Part shown: positions 34,912 through 48,900 of the stretch, one piece after another
Layout of the letters: the number at the start of each line of letters is the position of its first letter
Position numbering within the stretch: position 1 is the stretch's first letter
Source: Adineta vaga
Taxonomy: Eukaryota > Animalia > Rotifera
Direction of reading: 5' to 3'
NCBI GenBank assembly: GCA_021613535.1
Contig: CP075492.1
Coordinates: 12,338,001 to 12,402,000, forward strand
DNA: 64,000 bases
Notes under the pieces: model-generated
Told to the model about the DNA's origin: nothing
Database searches by the model: none
What the model saw: only the letters and a program-made list of their open reading frames with translations
Program-made: the position numbers and the translations under genes

Positions 34912-35567
34912 TTATGCATCATTTGCTTTACATTGACTAGCAAAACAGAAAAAGAATGCGACATATGAGTTTTCTTTTTGAATGAATAAAGCACCATCTT
35001 GATAAGCATGTCCATCTTTACCAACAATTTGATTCATATGAATATCATCGATACCACGTGATGGTTTCTTTTCCTTGAATGCACGTTGAAGACCATAATG
35101 ATTTTCATTGGATAGATGTTGATCATCGTATTTAGTTCCAAAAACAATCACATTCGGTTGGTCATGTTTAAAAACGCATCAAGTTGATTTGCAATTTGGT
35201 CTGCATTTAATGAAGGAGATTTTGTTAGAAGATCTAAATCAAATATTGGTCGTCGAATTAAATCTAATGCTAAACTATCACTATCCATAGATGGTAACGG
35301 TGTAAAACCAATTGGAATATCAGAAAATGATATAGTAGAATTGTTAAATGGATCAATAGAAATACATTTCACATTCGCTGATTGAAGTGATTGAATATCG
35401 ATATTGATTTGATATTGTTCTGTCGTTTGACCTTGTCCATCATCAACAGAGATTAAATTATAATGACTTTCGTCAGTTTTATGAGAATGATCTTCACCAT
35501 TATCAGCGACTACACGTGCTCGTAAGACACCATATATTTTCCCTTTAGCAAATTCGATTGAAGACAT
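34912..35567 (-). CDS. YukJ/DUF2278-like protein, intronless, split by a -1 frameshift at ~35166-35172; horizontal-transfer candidate
   Basis: YGVLRAR, YQINIDIQS, PIGFTPLP, LALDLIRRPIFD, VIVFG, GIDDIHMNQ, QDGALFI and AFFFCFASQ match my recollection of the bacterial/fungal DUF2278 motif series. The two ORFs (35148-35600 and 34912-35151) join in the -1 frame. Confidence 0.75.
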
Positions 35568-35979
35568 TAAAATATCTAAAATTTTATGAACGACAAACAC
35601 TACGATACATATATTTCAAATTTAATCTTCTTTAGATCTTCCACATTGATTCATCTATCTATGTAGGTTTATCTTCGAACGAATCAATGAAAATATTTAT
35701 TGATAGTTTGCGCTATTAGACGATGTCTTAATTCAATCAGTATGCATACTTATTGTATGAAAAGAAAAATTCGGTATTCATACTTTATACATAGCACGTC
35801 AAAGTTTGATAAAGATATAAATATTGTGTTTATGATATCAATTCAAAAGCATCATTTAATCTAAGTTCAGTTTTATTTTGTTTAAGTAGAACAATATGTA
35901 ATAAATTATCATGACTATGTACGTTCATACGAATTGTATCACAGTAAAAATATGAAAGATTCACTTCAATTATGTCTTT

Positions 35980-36689
35980 TTATGTTCCCATGCAGTCTTT
36001 GACTATCTGTAAACAAAACAAAAAAAAAGAGAGAATATCATAACTTTATAAGAACTACGTCTATAGTAATACATAAAAGAATGATTGACTTACTTGTTTT
36101 TTCAAATGTCAGTTTCAAGAATAGGTATATATGTTTGACGTGGGTCAGTTCTCAATCGTGATGTTTCAATTGCTTTTGACAAACATTGTGCTGATGCTCT
36201 TGAATTATGTAACGCTTTATATGCATTAGCTAAATGATAATAGTGAATACTAATTGTTTTATAATCCACTGGTGTATGTTTCAATAGTATGGCCAGCGCT
36301 AGATGAAGTCCTTCAACTGCTTGTTGAAGTGCACCAAGTGCCAAAAATGACGCAGATAATACACTATAAAAATTAAAGAAAATATAATGATCTTTATCCG
36401 TAGGTAATAAAGCTTGTAAGCCTTTGATAACACGTTGTTCACAAGAAATAGAGAGTTTCCATTCTTTTTGTAGACCATGATATAGGGCCATCATATGATA
36501 TTGATATAAATTCAATAATTGACGTGCTGGAAGGCTAAGAATCGTATCTCGACAATGTTCCGGTATTCCGGCAAATATGATTTGAAGCTGTGTTATTTCA
36601 GCATGTGTAAGCGATGTAGATCGACGTCGAAGTTTAGATAAAGATAAATGTGATGTAACAACAACTACTAAACTTTTGCAACAACCCAT
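35980..36689 (-). CDS. TPR-like helical-repeat protein with an MGCC N-terminus
   Basis: ORF 36689-36102 has TPR-like helices (YSVLSASFLALGALQQAVE; YYHLANAYKALHNSRASAQCLSKAI). Adding one T at ~36105 reads TDILKKQ|gtaagt and splices to a last exon IVKDCMGT* (36006-35980). Confidence 0.7.
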
Positions 36690-39435
36690 TTTAAAAATTT
36701 GAAAACAATACGTTCCTAATTGGACTAGTAAAAAGTATTCAAATAATCATAGTTGCAGCTTTTCTAAATGCCAACATCAAATTTGTATGAGAACAAATAT
36801 ATATATAGCATCAAGTAGATCTCGATCAATGCAAAGAACTTCGTAGAAAGAAACTGATTAATGTCAACTTTATTTGTCAGATCAACAAGAAAAACAGATG
36901 CAATCGATTAGTATGAATAATAAAGTTGATATGTGTACACATCATTCACAAAGTCATTCCTTTCTTATCAACAGGAATAAAACATCGTCTTCAGTTTTCT
37001 TCTATGACTATGGATGTTATCTAAATCAACCGAAAGAAAACCTTTGAATGCATACATATGAATCTTCTTTTTTCTAGTCGAATCATGAATGTTAATGACT
37101 AATTTGACGTTATAATATAAGAACATATTTTGGTTTGTATTGATCAAATGAGAAAACCAATGTTTTTTGTGAAAAAAAACGATAGTTTGTTATAATAAAT
37201 ATAAAATCACTTTTCTCTAGAGCTTGTATAGACATTTCTATCAATAGACTCGTTTTTCCTAACACAGAAACGAAAATAATATTGAGATGAGTAAAATTAT
37301 CATGGATTTTTTCCTATTTGTAAATACTCACAAACTCTATTACTACATATTTCAACAGTATTTCCCTATTTGAATTCTTTATATAACATTGCTTAAGAAA
37401 CTATGGAACGAAAAATTTTCAAGTAGTAATCGAATGTATTTTTCATTCCATAAACAAATGACTTTTATGTGAAGCAGAAGTTCATAAAAGAGATAGTATG
37501 CATATTTACAGAATGCGAATGTCTAGGTCATTGTCGTTTATAATATAACACGTGTTATTACTATTGTTTCCCTTCTTTCTATCTTGTTTGACAAATATAT
37601 CATACGAAAGTTAGTGTGTTTTTCAATACCACTTGAAAGATTCGAAGGGTAGAGCTAAAGAGATATAGACTTGCCTGTTATTGTTGTAATTGTAAACTTT
37701 CTGTTTGATAAAGACATCTTTACCTCTCTATAAAATACAATGAAATCAATGTGGTCATAACTTTGTTCGAATGATTTCTATACATCATATACATGATGAA
37801 CGGTCAAACAAAATAGGTAATTTTTCTCATCAATCAATAAAAAGTTAGTATTCTTTGTTAACTTTTTTGAATAAATTTCACAACTATCATACTAATACGT
37901 TCGAAGAGAAAATATTCAGAAAAAAATTTATTTCTGCTTGAACGAATAGATTAAAATCAGTATGAATTTAATGTAATGTAATAAAGATCACTTGCATCAG
38001 TTTACTGTTTCTTGTCAATAAAATACTCGATTGTTTGATTTACTAGTAACGTTCTATCATTTCCAATTTTCACTTTTTGTTTATTCAGAATAACGACAAG
38101 TCGAATATTCTTGGTCATGTACATTGAGAAAGAATGAACCTATATGACCTGAAGACTTTCAACAGACATCGGACAAGGCGAACAACAACAACATCGAATA
38201 ATTTGCATTAAATTAAGATTTTTCTTCAAGAAAAGAAAAAAAAAGCACTTTTATCAATATGAATCAGTTTACTTCAAATTGTCGTACTACTGAATCAAAA
38301 CTATGTTAAGAATCCTTCAAATTCTACCTGCTGTTCTCTTTATAATGGGAATCGTTCTTGAACAATCAATGCATGAGAATAAGGTGACAAAAAAGACTAA
38401 ATAACCAATAAAAAAATCGCATGTAAGAGCGATTGAACACTGCATAATATCATCACATATATCAGTATCATATTTCACCCTCATTACAAAACACATACTT
38501 CATGCTATAAATCTTAAAAAAAAATGACCAACAAATAATGAGATAATCATCTTTCACGGATCGATTTTTATCTCTCATGTAAAATAACAATCATTGGCAT
38601 CATTTTCTTGATGATAAGAATGAAAAGTTGCATAATTCGCTTTGATTTACTGAATAGGATAGTTGATACAATACTTGTCAAGTAGAACTGTAATCGGAGT
38701 GCAAATGATGTGACTCATCAAACGAAATCATTCCTATATAGAACAAAAGACAATCATGAAACGTGTACTTGGACAAATACATATTTTTTTCTTATCTTCG
38801 ATATGTTTTTACATATGTATATAAAACAAACTCATTGTACTTATTCACTTCGTTTATTTTTATTGATCAGAAATTATAAATGTCATACTCTCATGTAACT
38901 ATATGACTAATTTGCAGTCAATTCTGTTAATGGACTTGTCTGAATTGATTTTTCGTTTTTATAGTCAAATATTATTGACCATCAGAGACTAATGTCGGCA
39001 ACAATGAACAATGAACGAATGACGCATGCAAATAGCTATAGGCAGTAAACAATTGAACACAACAAGAATTAAAAACGAGGTGTGGTATGTGTCTATTCAG
39101 ACTTTTCTTTTTTTTTTTTGATACAGACATTCGGTGATTCGCTCAATATATGCGTATATATATGTAGGGGCGTTGAGTGCCACTGTGTGGGACATTACAG
39201 AATAGAACAAAATATCGTGCATGCGTGTCACTGCAATAGTTGGACATAGAGAGAATAAAAGTTCAATACAATGAAAGAGAAGTAACACAAACAAATTCGT
39301 CTCTTCAGACAGAGAAAAAAATTTCTCTCAGATAAGTAAGAAGAGAGAATACAGGAGAGAAGAGAGGGAGAGAGAAAATCGTTCATGCACAATCAAAATC
39401 CAACTTCTTGACGCGATAGCATCTTTTAGTTCCCC

Positions 39436-39454
39436 TTCTCTCTCTCTCTCTCTC
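39436..39454. repeat. (CT)n microsatellite within a GA/CT-rich upstream region
   Basis: ctctctctctctctctc, with GA-rich tracts at ~39340-39377, upstream of the giant DSL/EGF gene. Confidence 0.8.
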
Positions 39455-39900
39455 AATTTACCTTCCATTCATTGATCGAACTATATACCGTTGTCACCGC
39501 CTCCTGACATATAGAACTCTGTAGGATAACTAGAGGGTGAGAAGGCGTTCTTTTTTTCTCTTTCGTCATTGTTACTGCTACTGCTGCAGTTCTACTTTTT
39601 AACGTTAGTCTAACAGATTACTACACAACTAACATAGAGCGACGTGACAAACTTGTACGAGTTTTTTTGTCTCACCTATTCATTCATTCATTCATTTCTT
39701 AATATCTAATAATTATATAGGTCGAGTATGTGAGCATGAACATGTAGGAGGAAGAATCAATATTCGTTTTCTCTCTTTCTCGTTCTTTTCAAGGAACGAA
39801 ATAAGACGACAAACATTATCATCTTGTGTATTTTGTGATGTTCAACAACATATATGAGAATTGACACTTTTTTGTTTTGTTTTATTCAAGATTGTTTCAT

Positions 39901-42900
39901 ATGGGAATGAATACGTTTTTAATTGTTTTATTATTATTGTTATTGTTCAATAATCGACAGGTAAGATTTTCAACATATATATGATTATTTGCATTAATTT
40001 TCAAGTGAAATCATAAATCTTTTTTCTTTTGGAGTTCGTTTGATTTCATTTTTCTTCTCCCCCTTTTTTTTCCTTGTCACAAAAGTCAAAGTTGAGCATT
40101 TGGTGTCTCTCGACCTAAAGTACTTATGTGTATGTGCATCGTTAGTTCATCGATGATGGTGAAGTGTATATACCGGTACTTGTCCGGAAAAGATAAGAAA
40201 ATGAAAGCTTATTTGAACAATTGATACGCAATAAAAAAAAATTTCTCTTCAATGCACCACCATCATCATCATTAACTGATTTTCAATCAAGTAGATAAAA
40301 GAATTCCGTAATTTTTTCTTTCTATAAAATTAGATTGATTGTCAAGAATCTTCATCAATTTTACTTGTTGATCTACTTCAATTTCACAATCCAACTGGTA
40401 TTACTATCAATGGACGATGTTGTGATGGTTCATTTCCTTCTGCAAATATCTGTCCGATGTCAATATCCTGTAATCTACATACAATTGTTTGTTTGGATTT
40501 TGTCAATAGGTACAGTCATTGAATGCAAGAAAATCTCAATATACATAATTGATTTTTGTGTTCTGTTATTTGCTTATACACATGTGTATGAACGATAAAA
40601 GGTGATGCCACTTGTCTGGCATAACACTCGATGTCCTGGTATCAGTTTAGATTGATCATGCAATATGAAAGAGAGTATAACCCTCGAGACAAAAAAGAAG
40701 AAGGGAGAGAAATTTGAAAAGCAAATATAAACGTCTACATCGCCAAAAGATATTTTTATTTAAATCTTTAGTGAATTACAATCAAACTGGACTTCATGTC
40801 CGTTGGGAAAAAAATCTTTCGAAATCAAAGCAAATAGTACGAGTTTATTAAATTATTATACACCAAATAATACAACAAATCTTTTCCCATTACAATTTGC
40901 TTTACCACCGATAAATGATGTAGGTTATCAAATATCATTCTTTCTTTCAACTTTTGTCTTTTCATCGGATAGAATTCTATCGGTATCAAAATCTTCGTAT
41001 TTTATAATAATAATATAAGTATGTTACTCAATCAATTTCATACAACATTTCATATTGATATATCTGACGGATTATTTCAACAATCGACCTTAATTGATAT
41101 CTCAAACAATGTCTCAAATATCAATCAGTATGTGTTATATTAATAGATTGCGAATGAAAATAATATGTTTGATTTGTCTCAATTAGAATGATTATTGGAT
41201 TGAAAAGTTATTGTCGAGCGACATTTTATGGAAAACAATGTTCCGTGCAATGTATTCCAAATGATGATTGTACAAGTTCATATACGTGTCATTCAATAAC
41301 AGGTGAAAAAATCTGTTCACTTGGTTGGTACGGAAATGAATGTTCCATACGAAATACATCGATGACATGTTCATCATCATCATCACCAGGTATAAATAAA
41401 TCTTTTGATTTTATCGCATGTCTATGCAATTTTTTCTTAAAGATCTAATCTGTCACAATGGTGGTTTTTGTCGAAGTAATCAATCAACAACTTGCTGTTG
41501 TCCTCATGGTTTGTTATGAATTGAAAAATTTCATGAAAATAATTCTTATTTTTCAAGGTTTTACGGGTACGAACTGTCAGTATCTTTCGACATGTAAATC
41601 AGATGAAACATGTTTAAATGGTGGTTCCTGCCAATCATCGTATGATTTAGCATCTCGAAGTTATTATTTTGTTTGCAATTGTCCGACTGGGTATGAGAAA
41701 AACAAGATTATTCTTCGAAAAAAAAAACGTTTTCATTCTTTTAGTTTTACTGGTTTATATTGTCAAGTTAGACAACGATGTCCACCAACATTCTATGGTC
41801 CAAATTGTACAAATCAATGTTCGGCACCTAATTCATGCTCTGAAGGACATTTTCACTGTAATTCAGCTGGTGAAAAAGTTTGTTCCTATGGTTGGGGTCC
41901 AATCAATTTATGTACACAAAAATTAATTGCTCCGATCTTTGATACGGAATGTTCGAATTCGAATGGATGTTTAAATGGTGGTTCATGTTTTAATGGTACA
42001 TGCTGTTGTCCCGTCGGTTATACAGGTAAGACACATGTTCATTATTGAATATAATTACTAAATGTGACAATATCAAAGGACGTCTATGTGAAACATCTAT
42101 TGACCCATGTATGAGTAATCCTTGTGAAAATAATGCTTTATGTTTGTCGACGTCTACGGGATATAAATGTTTATGTTCAAGTCCTGTTTATACAGGTTCA
42201 TTATGTGAAATTAATCAAAATCCATGTCAATATTCGCCATGTCAAAATGGCATTTGTCAATTATTGACAAATACCAGTTCGTTCAGTTGTATTTGTTATC
42301 CAGGTTATACCGGACAATTTTGTCATATTAAAATTAATTATTGTTTATCACAACCATGTGAAAATCATGGTATTTGTGCGAATATAGCTACAGGTTTTAT
42401 TTGTACTTGCTTATCGGATTTTACCGGACCGACTTGTTCAAGTCGAATAAATTCATGTTCAAATCCATTATCTTGTTCAAATAATAAAACCATCCATTGT
42501 TCAATGGGTTTTACTAATCCTCCGAATTGTCTCGACGATATTAATGAATGTTTATTAGAGAAGGAACCATGTAAAAATGGTGGTTCATGTATTAATACGA
42601 TGGGTAGTTATTATTGTCAATGTAATAAAGATTATCAAGGAAGTGATTGCAGTATTCCAATCGATCCATGTTTAAGTAATCCATGTGTGGCATCAAATTC
42701 AATATCATGTACATCAATTATGATCCCGGATAATTCAATTAGTTTTAATTGTACATGTCGCGTAGGATTTACGGGTAAGATGAATTGTATTTTTGTTTGT
42801 CAGAATAGAAGAATCGTTTTTTCTTTTTCATTTAGGACATCATTGTGAAATTGAATTGAATCCATGTATGAATAGTCCATGTTTACATGGTAAATGTCAA

Positions 42901-45900
42901 GTATTGACACCGTTAACAAGAACTTGTATATGTGAACCAGGTTGGACTGGTATTGAATGTCGAGAGAATATTGATGAATGTGTATCACATCCATGCTTCA
43001 ATGCTGGTCGATGTATTGACGATGTGAATAAATATCATTGTGATTGTTTAACAGGTTTTATTGGTGACCATTGTCAAACTGAAATTGATCTATGTTCAAG
43101 TATGCCATGTCTAAATAATGGTAAGTATTTATTCAAGAAATGAAAATATATCAATATCAATATATTATTACTAAAGGTACATGTATCAATCAAATTGAAT
43201 CATATTCTTGTTTATGTCAATACGGATGGACAGGAAATCTCTGTGAAGTAAATATTAATGAATGTTCATATCCATTATCTTGTCATCCAAATGCGACTTG
43301 TATTGATCAACCTGGTTCATATCAATGTTTATGTCCACCATGGTTAACAGGTGAAAGTTGTTTGATAGCTATCGATCAATGTGAAACATATCCTTGTTTG
43401 AATAATGGTGTTTGTGTAAATAATTACGGTAGTTTACCAACTTGTCATTGTCAAGCTGGTTTTACTGGTATTTATTGTGAAGTAAATATTGATGATTGTC
43501 AAGCAACACCATGTTATAATAATGGCACATGTATTGATCAAATCAATAGTTTTGTATGTTTATGTTCATCAGGTTATACTGATCTACGTTGTCAAACACG
43601 AATCAGTCAATGTAATAGTTTACCTTGTATGAATGGTGGAATATGTCGAGATTCATATGATGATGATAGTTTTCATTGTATTTGTCCACCATTTTATACT
43701 GGTAAACAATGTGAACAAGTAATGAATCCATGTTTAAGTTTTCCTTGTACACATGGAAGTTGTATACCATCCATGTCTTCATATACATGTCAATGTAATA
43801 CGGGATACACAGGTGAAACTTGTGCGATACCCACTGATCAATGTGCATCAAATCCATGTGGATCAAATGGAAATTGTACAAGTTTATCGACAAGATTTAG
43901 TTGTTGTTGTGCACCAGGTTATACAGGATCAGGATGTAATCAATTAATTGATATTTGTTTAACAAATCCATGTTCTATCGAAGGTGTTGAACGTTGTGTA
44001 TCAACAGGAATTTCATCATTTAAATGTTTGTGTAAACCGGGCTATTCTGGACGACATTGTGAAATCAATATCAATGAATGTTTATCTGAACCAGTAAGTT
44101 AATTTTATTGATGATGATGTAGATAGCATTTATTAATCATTAATCATTTTAGTGTTTACATAATGGAATATGTATTGATTTTCAAAATAGTTATCAATGT
44201 ATTTGCCCATTGATATATACAGGAATCAATTGTGAACATCTACAAGATAAATGTATAGGAATTCAATGTTTAAATGGTGGACAATGCGTAAATAATGGCA
44301 CAAATTTAACATGTCTATGTGCACAAGGTTTTCAAGGCGAAAATTGTGAATTACTTGTTGATTATTGTCAATCGCAACCAGTAATAGATTGTTCTTTTTT
44401 TTTTACTCATTCATTGTCATATTTATCCGTGTTTTTCTTTCTACCTAGTGTGTCAATGGTGGCATGTGTTCAAATACGCAATTAGGACCTCAATGTACTT
44501 GTCCGAATGGTCTTACTGGTTCATTTTGTGAAACAATTATTGATCAATGTCAATCGAAACCATGTAAAAATAATGGTACTTGTCGATCATTAATTGATAA
44601 ATATGTATGCCTCTGTTCAAATGGCTTTACTGGTAAGGAAAAGAAAATGAGAATTTAATTATGAACGATGTATATATTTATATTATGATTTGATTGTTTA
44701 AGGTGTTCAATGCGAGAATGAAAGAGATGAATGTGAACCAATCAATCCATGTTTAAATTCTGGAAGATGTATTGATGGATTCAATAATTTTTCCTGTATA
44801 TGTAATTTAGGTTTTACTGGTTATTATTGTGAAAGTCAAATTGATCAATGTCAAACAAATCCATGTTTAAATGGTGGAATTTGTCGAACTTTAATTAATA
44901 ATTTCAAATGTGATTGTCCACAAGGTTATACGGTAAGCGTTTTTGAAAATAATATCGAACATAACTATTGATATTTATCATAAAGGGATCGACTTGTTCA
45001 TCTATGATTAATTACTGTTCAAGTAATCCATGTATGAATAATGGTTTATGTATACCATTAATTGATGCATATCGTTGTGTTTGTTTGGATGATTTTACTG
45101 GTGAAAATTGCGAGAAAACTTCGAATGAATGTTTATCAAATCCATGTTTAAATAACGGTACATGTATAGATGCTGTATGGAATTATACATGTCAATGTGA
45201 AGCTGGTTTTACTGGATCAAATTGTCAATTACAAAAGAATTATTGTGATACTTCACCATGTCTTAAAGGTTTATGTGTCAATAAGGTAGAGAAGAAAATA
45301 ATTGTAAGAAAATTTGAAATTGTTTTTTTATTTTTGTCTTTCAATTTAGTTAAATGGATATGATTGTATCTGTCCTTCATCTTCATATACAGGTGTTCAT
45401 TGTGAAATACAGATCAATAAATGTTCATCGAATCCTTGTCTATCTGGTGGAACGTGTATTGATGGTTTAGAAAATTTCATGTGTATTTGTCCAGCCTGGT
45501 ATGCTGGTCTGACATGTTCAGAACGTATTGATCCATGTTTAAATCATTCAAATTGTGCTAATCATGGCACTTGTATTACAAATCTTAATGTCAAACCATT
45601 TGGATACACATGTCAGTGTTCACCGGGTTTTGCTGGACAAATGTGTGAAGTAAATGTTGATGATTGTGCCTCACAACCATGTAAACATGGAAGATGTTTG
45701 GATAATATCAATGGATTTTTTTGTCAATGTTATGATGGATATGATGGTGTTTTATGTGATGTAAGTTTGCAGACAAAATAATATTTTCTTCAGTAATAAA
45801 TATTCTATTCGTAGCATGAAATTAATCAATGTGAAAACTCACCATGTCAAAACAATGGTACCTGTCAACCATTGATCGGTTCTTATCAATGTCTTTGCCC

Positions 45901-48900
45901 ATCAGATTATCAGGGCAAAAATTGTGAAGCAATCATAACAAAGCCATGTACAACAAATCCATGTTTGTTAGTAGACATTGCTTTTGATTGAAAAATTTCC
46001 TAAACAAAACATTTGATTTTTTTCGTTTGTTTTTAGTAATAATGGTACATGTACAATAACAGCGGATGATAGTATGCAATGTACATGTTTAGTTGGATAT
46101 ACAGGACAAAAATGTGAATTACAAATCAATGCTTGTAATCGTAATCCGTGTTCTCATGGAATGTGTCATCAAATGTCGAATGGATTTTATTATTGTACAT
46201 GTTTACCAGGTTATACAGGATTTGATTGTCAAATAGAAATTAATCCATGCGATAGTTTGCCATGTTTAAATAATGGAATTTGTAGTAAATCAACGATGAA
46301 TACATTCAATTGTACATGTTCAAATGGATATTCAGGTAATCAATGTCAATATGGTGGTTATCAATGTCAGTCAGCTCCTTGTTTAAATAATGGAACATGT
46401 ATGATTAATGGTAATAATTATCAATGTTTATGTCCACCAGGTTTGACAGGTAATCGTTGTGAAAATGATATTAATGAATGTGAATCAATGCCATGTCAAA
46501 ATAATGGTATATGTTTGCAAACAAAATTAAATGAATATCAATGTCTCTGTGCTACAGGTAGAAACAAAAGATAAAGAATAAATTGATGAGATCTATTTCT
46601 TTTCTTTACTTTTCCTCTCAAAGGTTATACTGGTTTTCATTGTGAAGCAATTATTGATCCATGTTTATCGATATATTGTTTAAATAATGGAACATGCATT
46701 CGAACAAGTTCAACAACAGGTATTTGTTCATGTCAACCAGGTTATACAGGTTCATCATGTCAAAATCAACTGAATACATGTTTAAGTGCACCATGTTTAA
46801 ATGGTACTTGTATACCACTAATTAATTCATATCAATGTAATTGTTTTCCTGGTTATACGGGACAACGATGTGATTCAATCGTCGATTATTGTTCATCCAA
46901 ACCATGTTTTAATAATGGTACATGTATTAATCAAGCTACTTCATTTGCTTGTCAATGTCCATATGGTTTTCAAGGTCGAACATGTGTTATACGGTTCAAT
47001 CTTGTCAATCATCACCATGTTTAAATGGTGGAACATGTAATGATGTTGCACCTGGTTTACATAATTGTTCATGTCCAATATCTTATCATGGAGAATTTTG
47101 TCAATTACGAGATTCATTTTGTTTAGAAATGCCTTGTCAAAATCATGGAGTTTGTCTAGATACATTAAATGGTTATCAATGTATATGTCAACCTGGTTAT
47201 GATGGTATCAATTGTACAAATGAAATTCAACCATGTATATCAAATCCTTGTTTAAATAATGGTTTCTGTCGGAATACAAATAATGGACTTAGTTATCAAT
47301 GTTTATGTGAAAAAGGTTATGCTGGACTTCGTTGTGAAGTTGAAATGAATTGGTGTTCATCAAATCCATGTCAAAATCAAGGCACTTGTATATCTCAATT
47401 AACATCCTTCAAATGTCTATGTTCATCAACATATACAGGAGTTATTTGTCAAATACCCATCAGTAATTGTTCACAGACAACATGTAAATATGGTTTACCA
47501 TTAGTGACTAGTTCCACAAGTTGTTCATGTGTATGTTCAAATGGTTATACGGGTAATCGATGTGATATACCGATTAATCCATGTTTAAATGAATCTTATT
47601 GTATACGTGGCAAATGTCATTATCTTAGTCCTGGTGTCGCAAATTGTACATGTCCATATGGTTACAGTGGACTTCGTTGTGATACACGATTATCGAATGG
47701 TGCATGTTCATCATGTCCTTGTTTATATGGACGATGTCGAACAATTGATACTAACGAAGATTATATATGTGATTGTTATCAAGGTTATACAGGAAAACAA
47801 TGTGATATATCTATTGATTTATGTACACCATCTCCATGTTTATATGGTCAATGTGTATTAGATGCTATGCATGGTTATCAATGTCAATGTTCACCAGGTG
47901 CACAGGGACGAAATTGTTCTAATTTAATTAATACATGTGGATCTAATCCTTGTTCGAATAATGGAGTTTGTGTTCAAGGTTTAAATACCTATCAATGTGT
48001 TTGTCAATCAGGTTATGCTGGTATTCATTGTGAAGTATTAATTAATCAATGTACATCATTAATATGTTTAAATAATGGTACATGTGTAAATCTACCAACA
48101 AATCCACCTACAGCTATATGTCAATGTCCATCATTGTTTACTGGTGTTCAATGTCAATATCCATATGCACCTTGTGCATCTCAACCATGTCAAAATCTAG
48201 GAACATGTATTACAAATGAATTATCATCGTCATATACTTGTCTTTGTCCAAATGGATTTACAGGATCTAATTGTGAATTTAGTATTCAGGTTTGTCATAG
48301 TCAACCATGTCAAAATGGTGGTATTTGCTCTGAACCAGCACCTTACTATTATATGTGTCAATGTCTATGGCCTTATTATGGAAGTAATTGTGAATTAATG
48401 TCAGATCCTTGTTTAAGTTATCCATGTCGAGGACCATTATCTCAATGTATATCGACACCAATGCATCAAAATTATACATGTATTTGTGCTGATGGTTTTC
48501 AAGGTTCGACTTGTTCTATACCTTTTGATCCATGCCATATTCGTCCTTGCCGAAATGGTGGTACATGTATGCAAGCAAGTTCATTGAGATATTCTTGTTC
48601 ATGTCCAATCGGTTTTCAAGGACAAAATTGTGAAATTGAAATAAATCCATGTTTGACTTATCCATGTCGAAATGGTAAAGCAATTAGAACTTCAGCGATT
48701 ACTTGTGAATGTCAATGTTCAGAATCATATTATGGGAAATTTTGTGAAATCAATCTTTGTGAAAAGAATCCTTGTGCAAATGGAAATTGTATTTCGAATG
48801 GAAATTATACATATACTTGTAGTTGTCCAAATGGATTTCAATTTCTCATGGGAGTGTATGTATTTTTTTCTGAACGAAAATATGTGATTTATTCGTTGTT

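Noticed and set aside
36700-39900. 3.2-kb ORF-free region as a possible transposon or ncRNA locus
   Set aside because: No terminal repeats, transposase remnants or recognisable RNA structure were seen. It is most simply the regulatory region between divergent genes.
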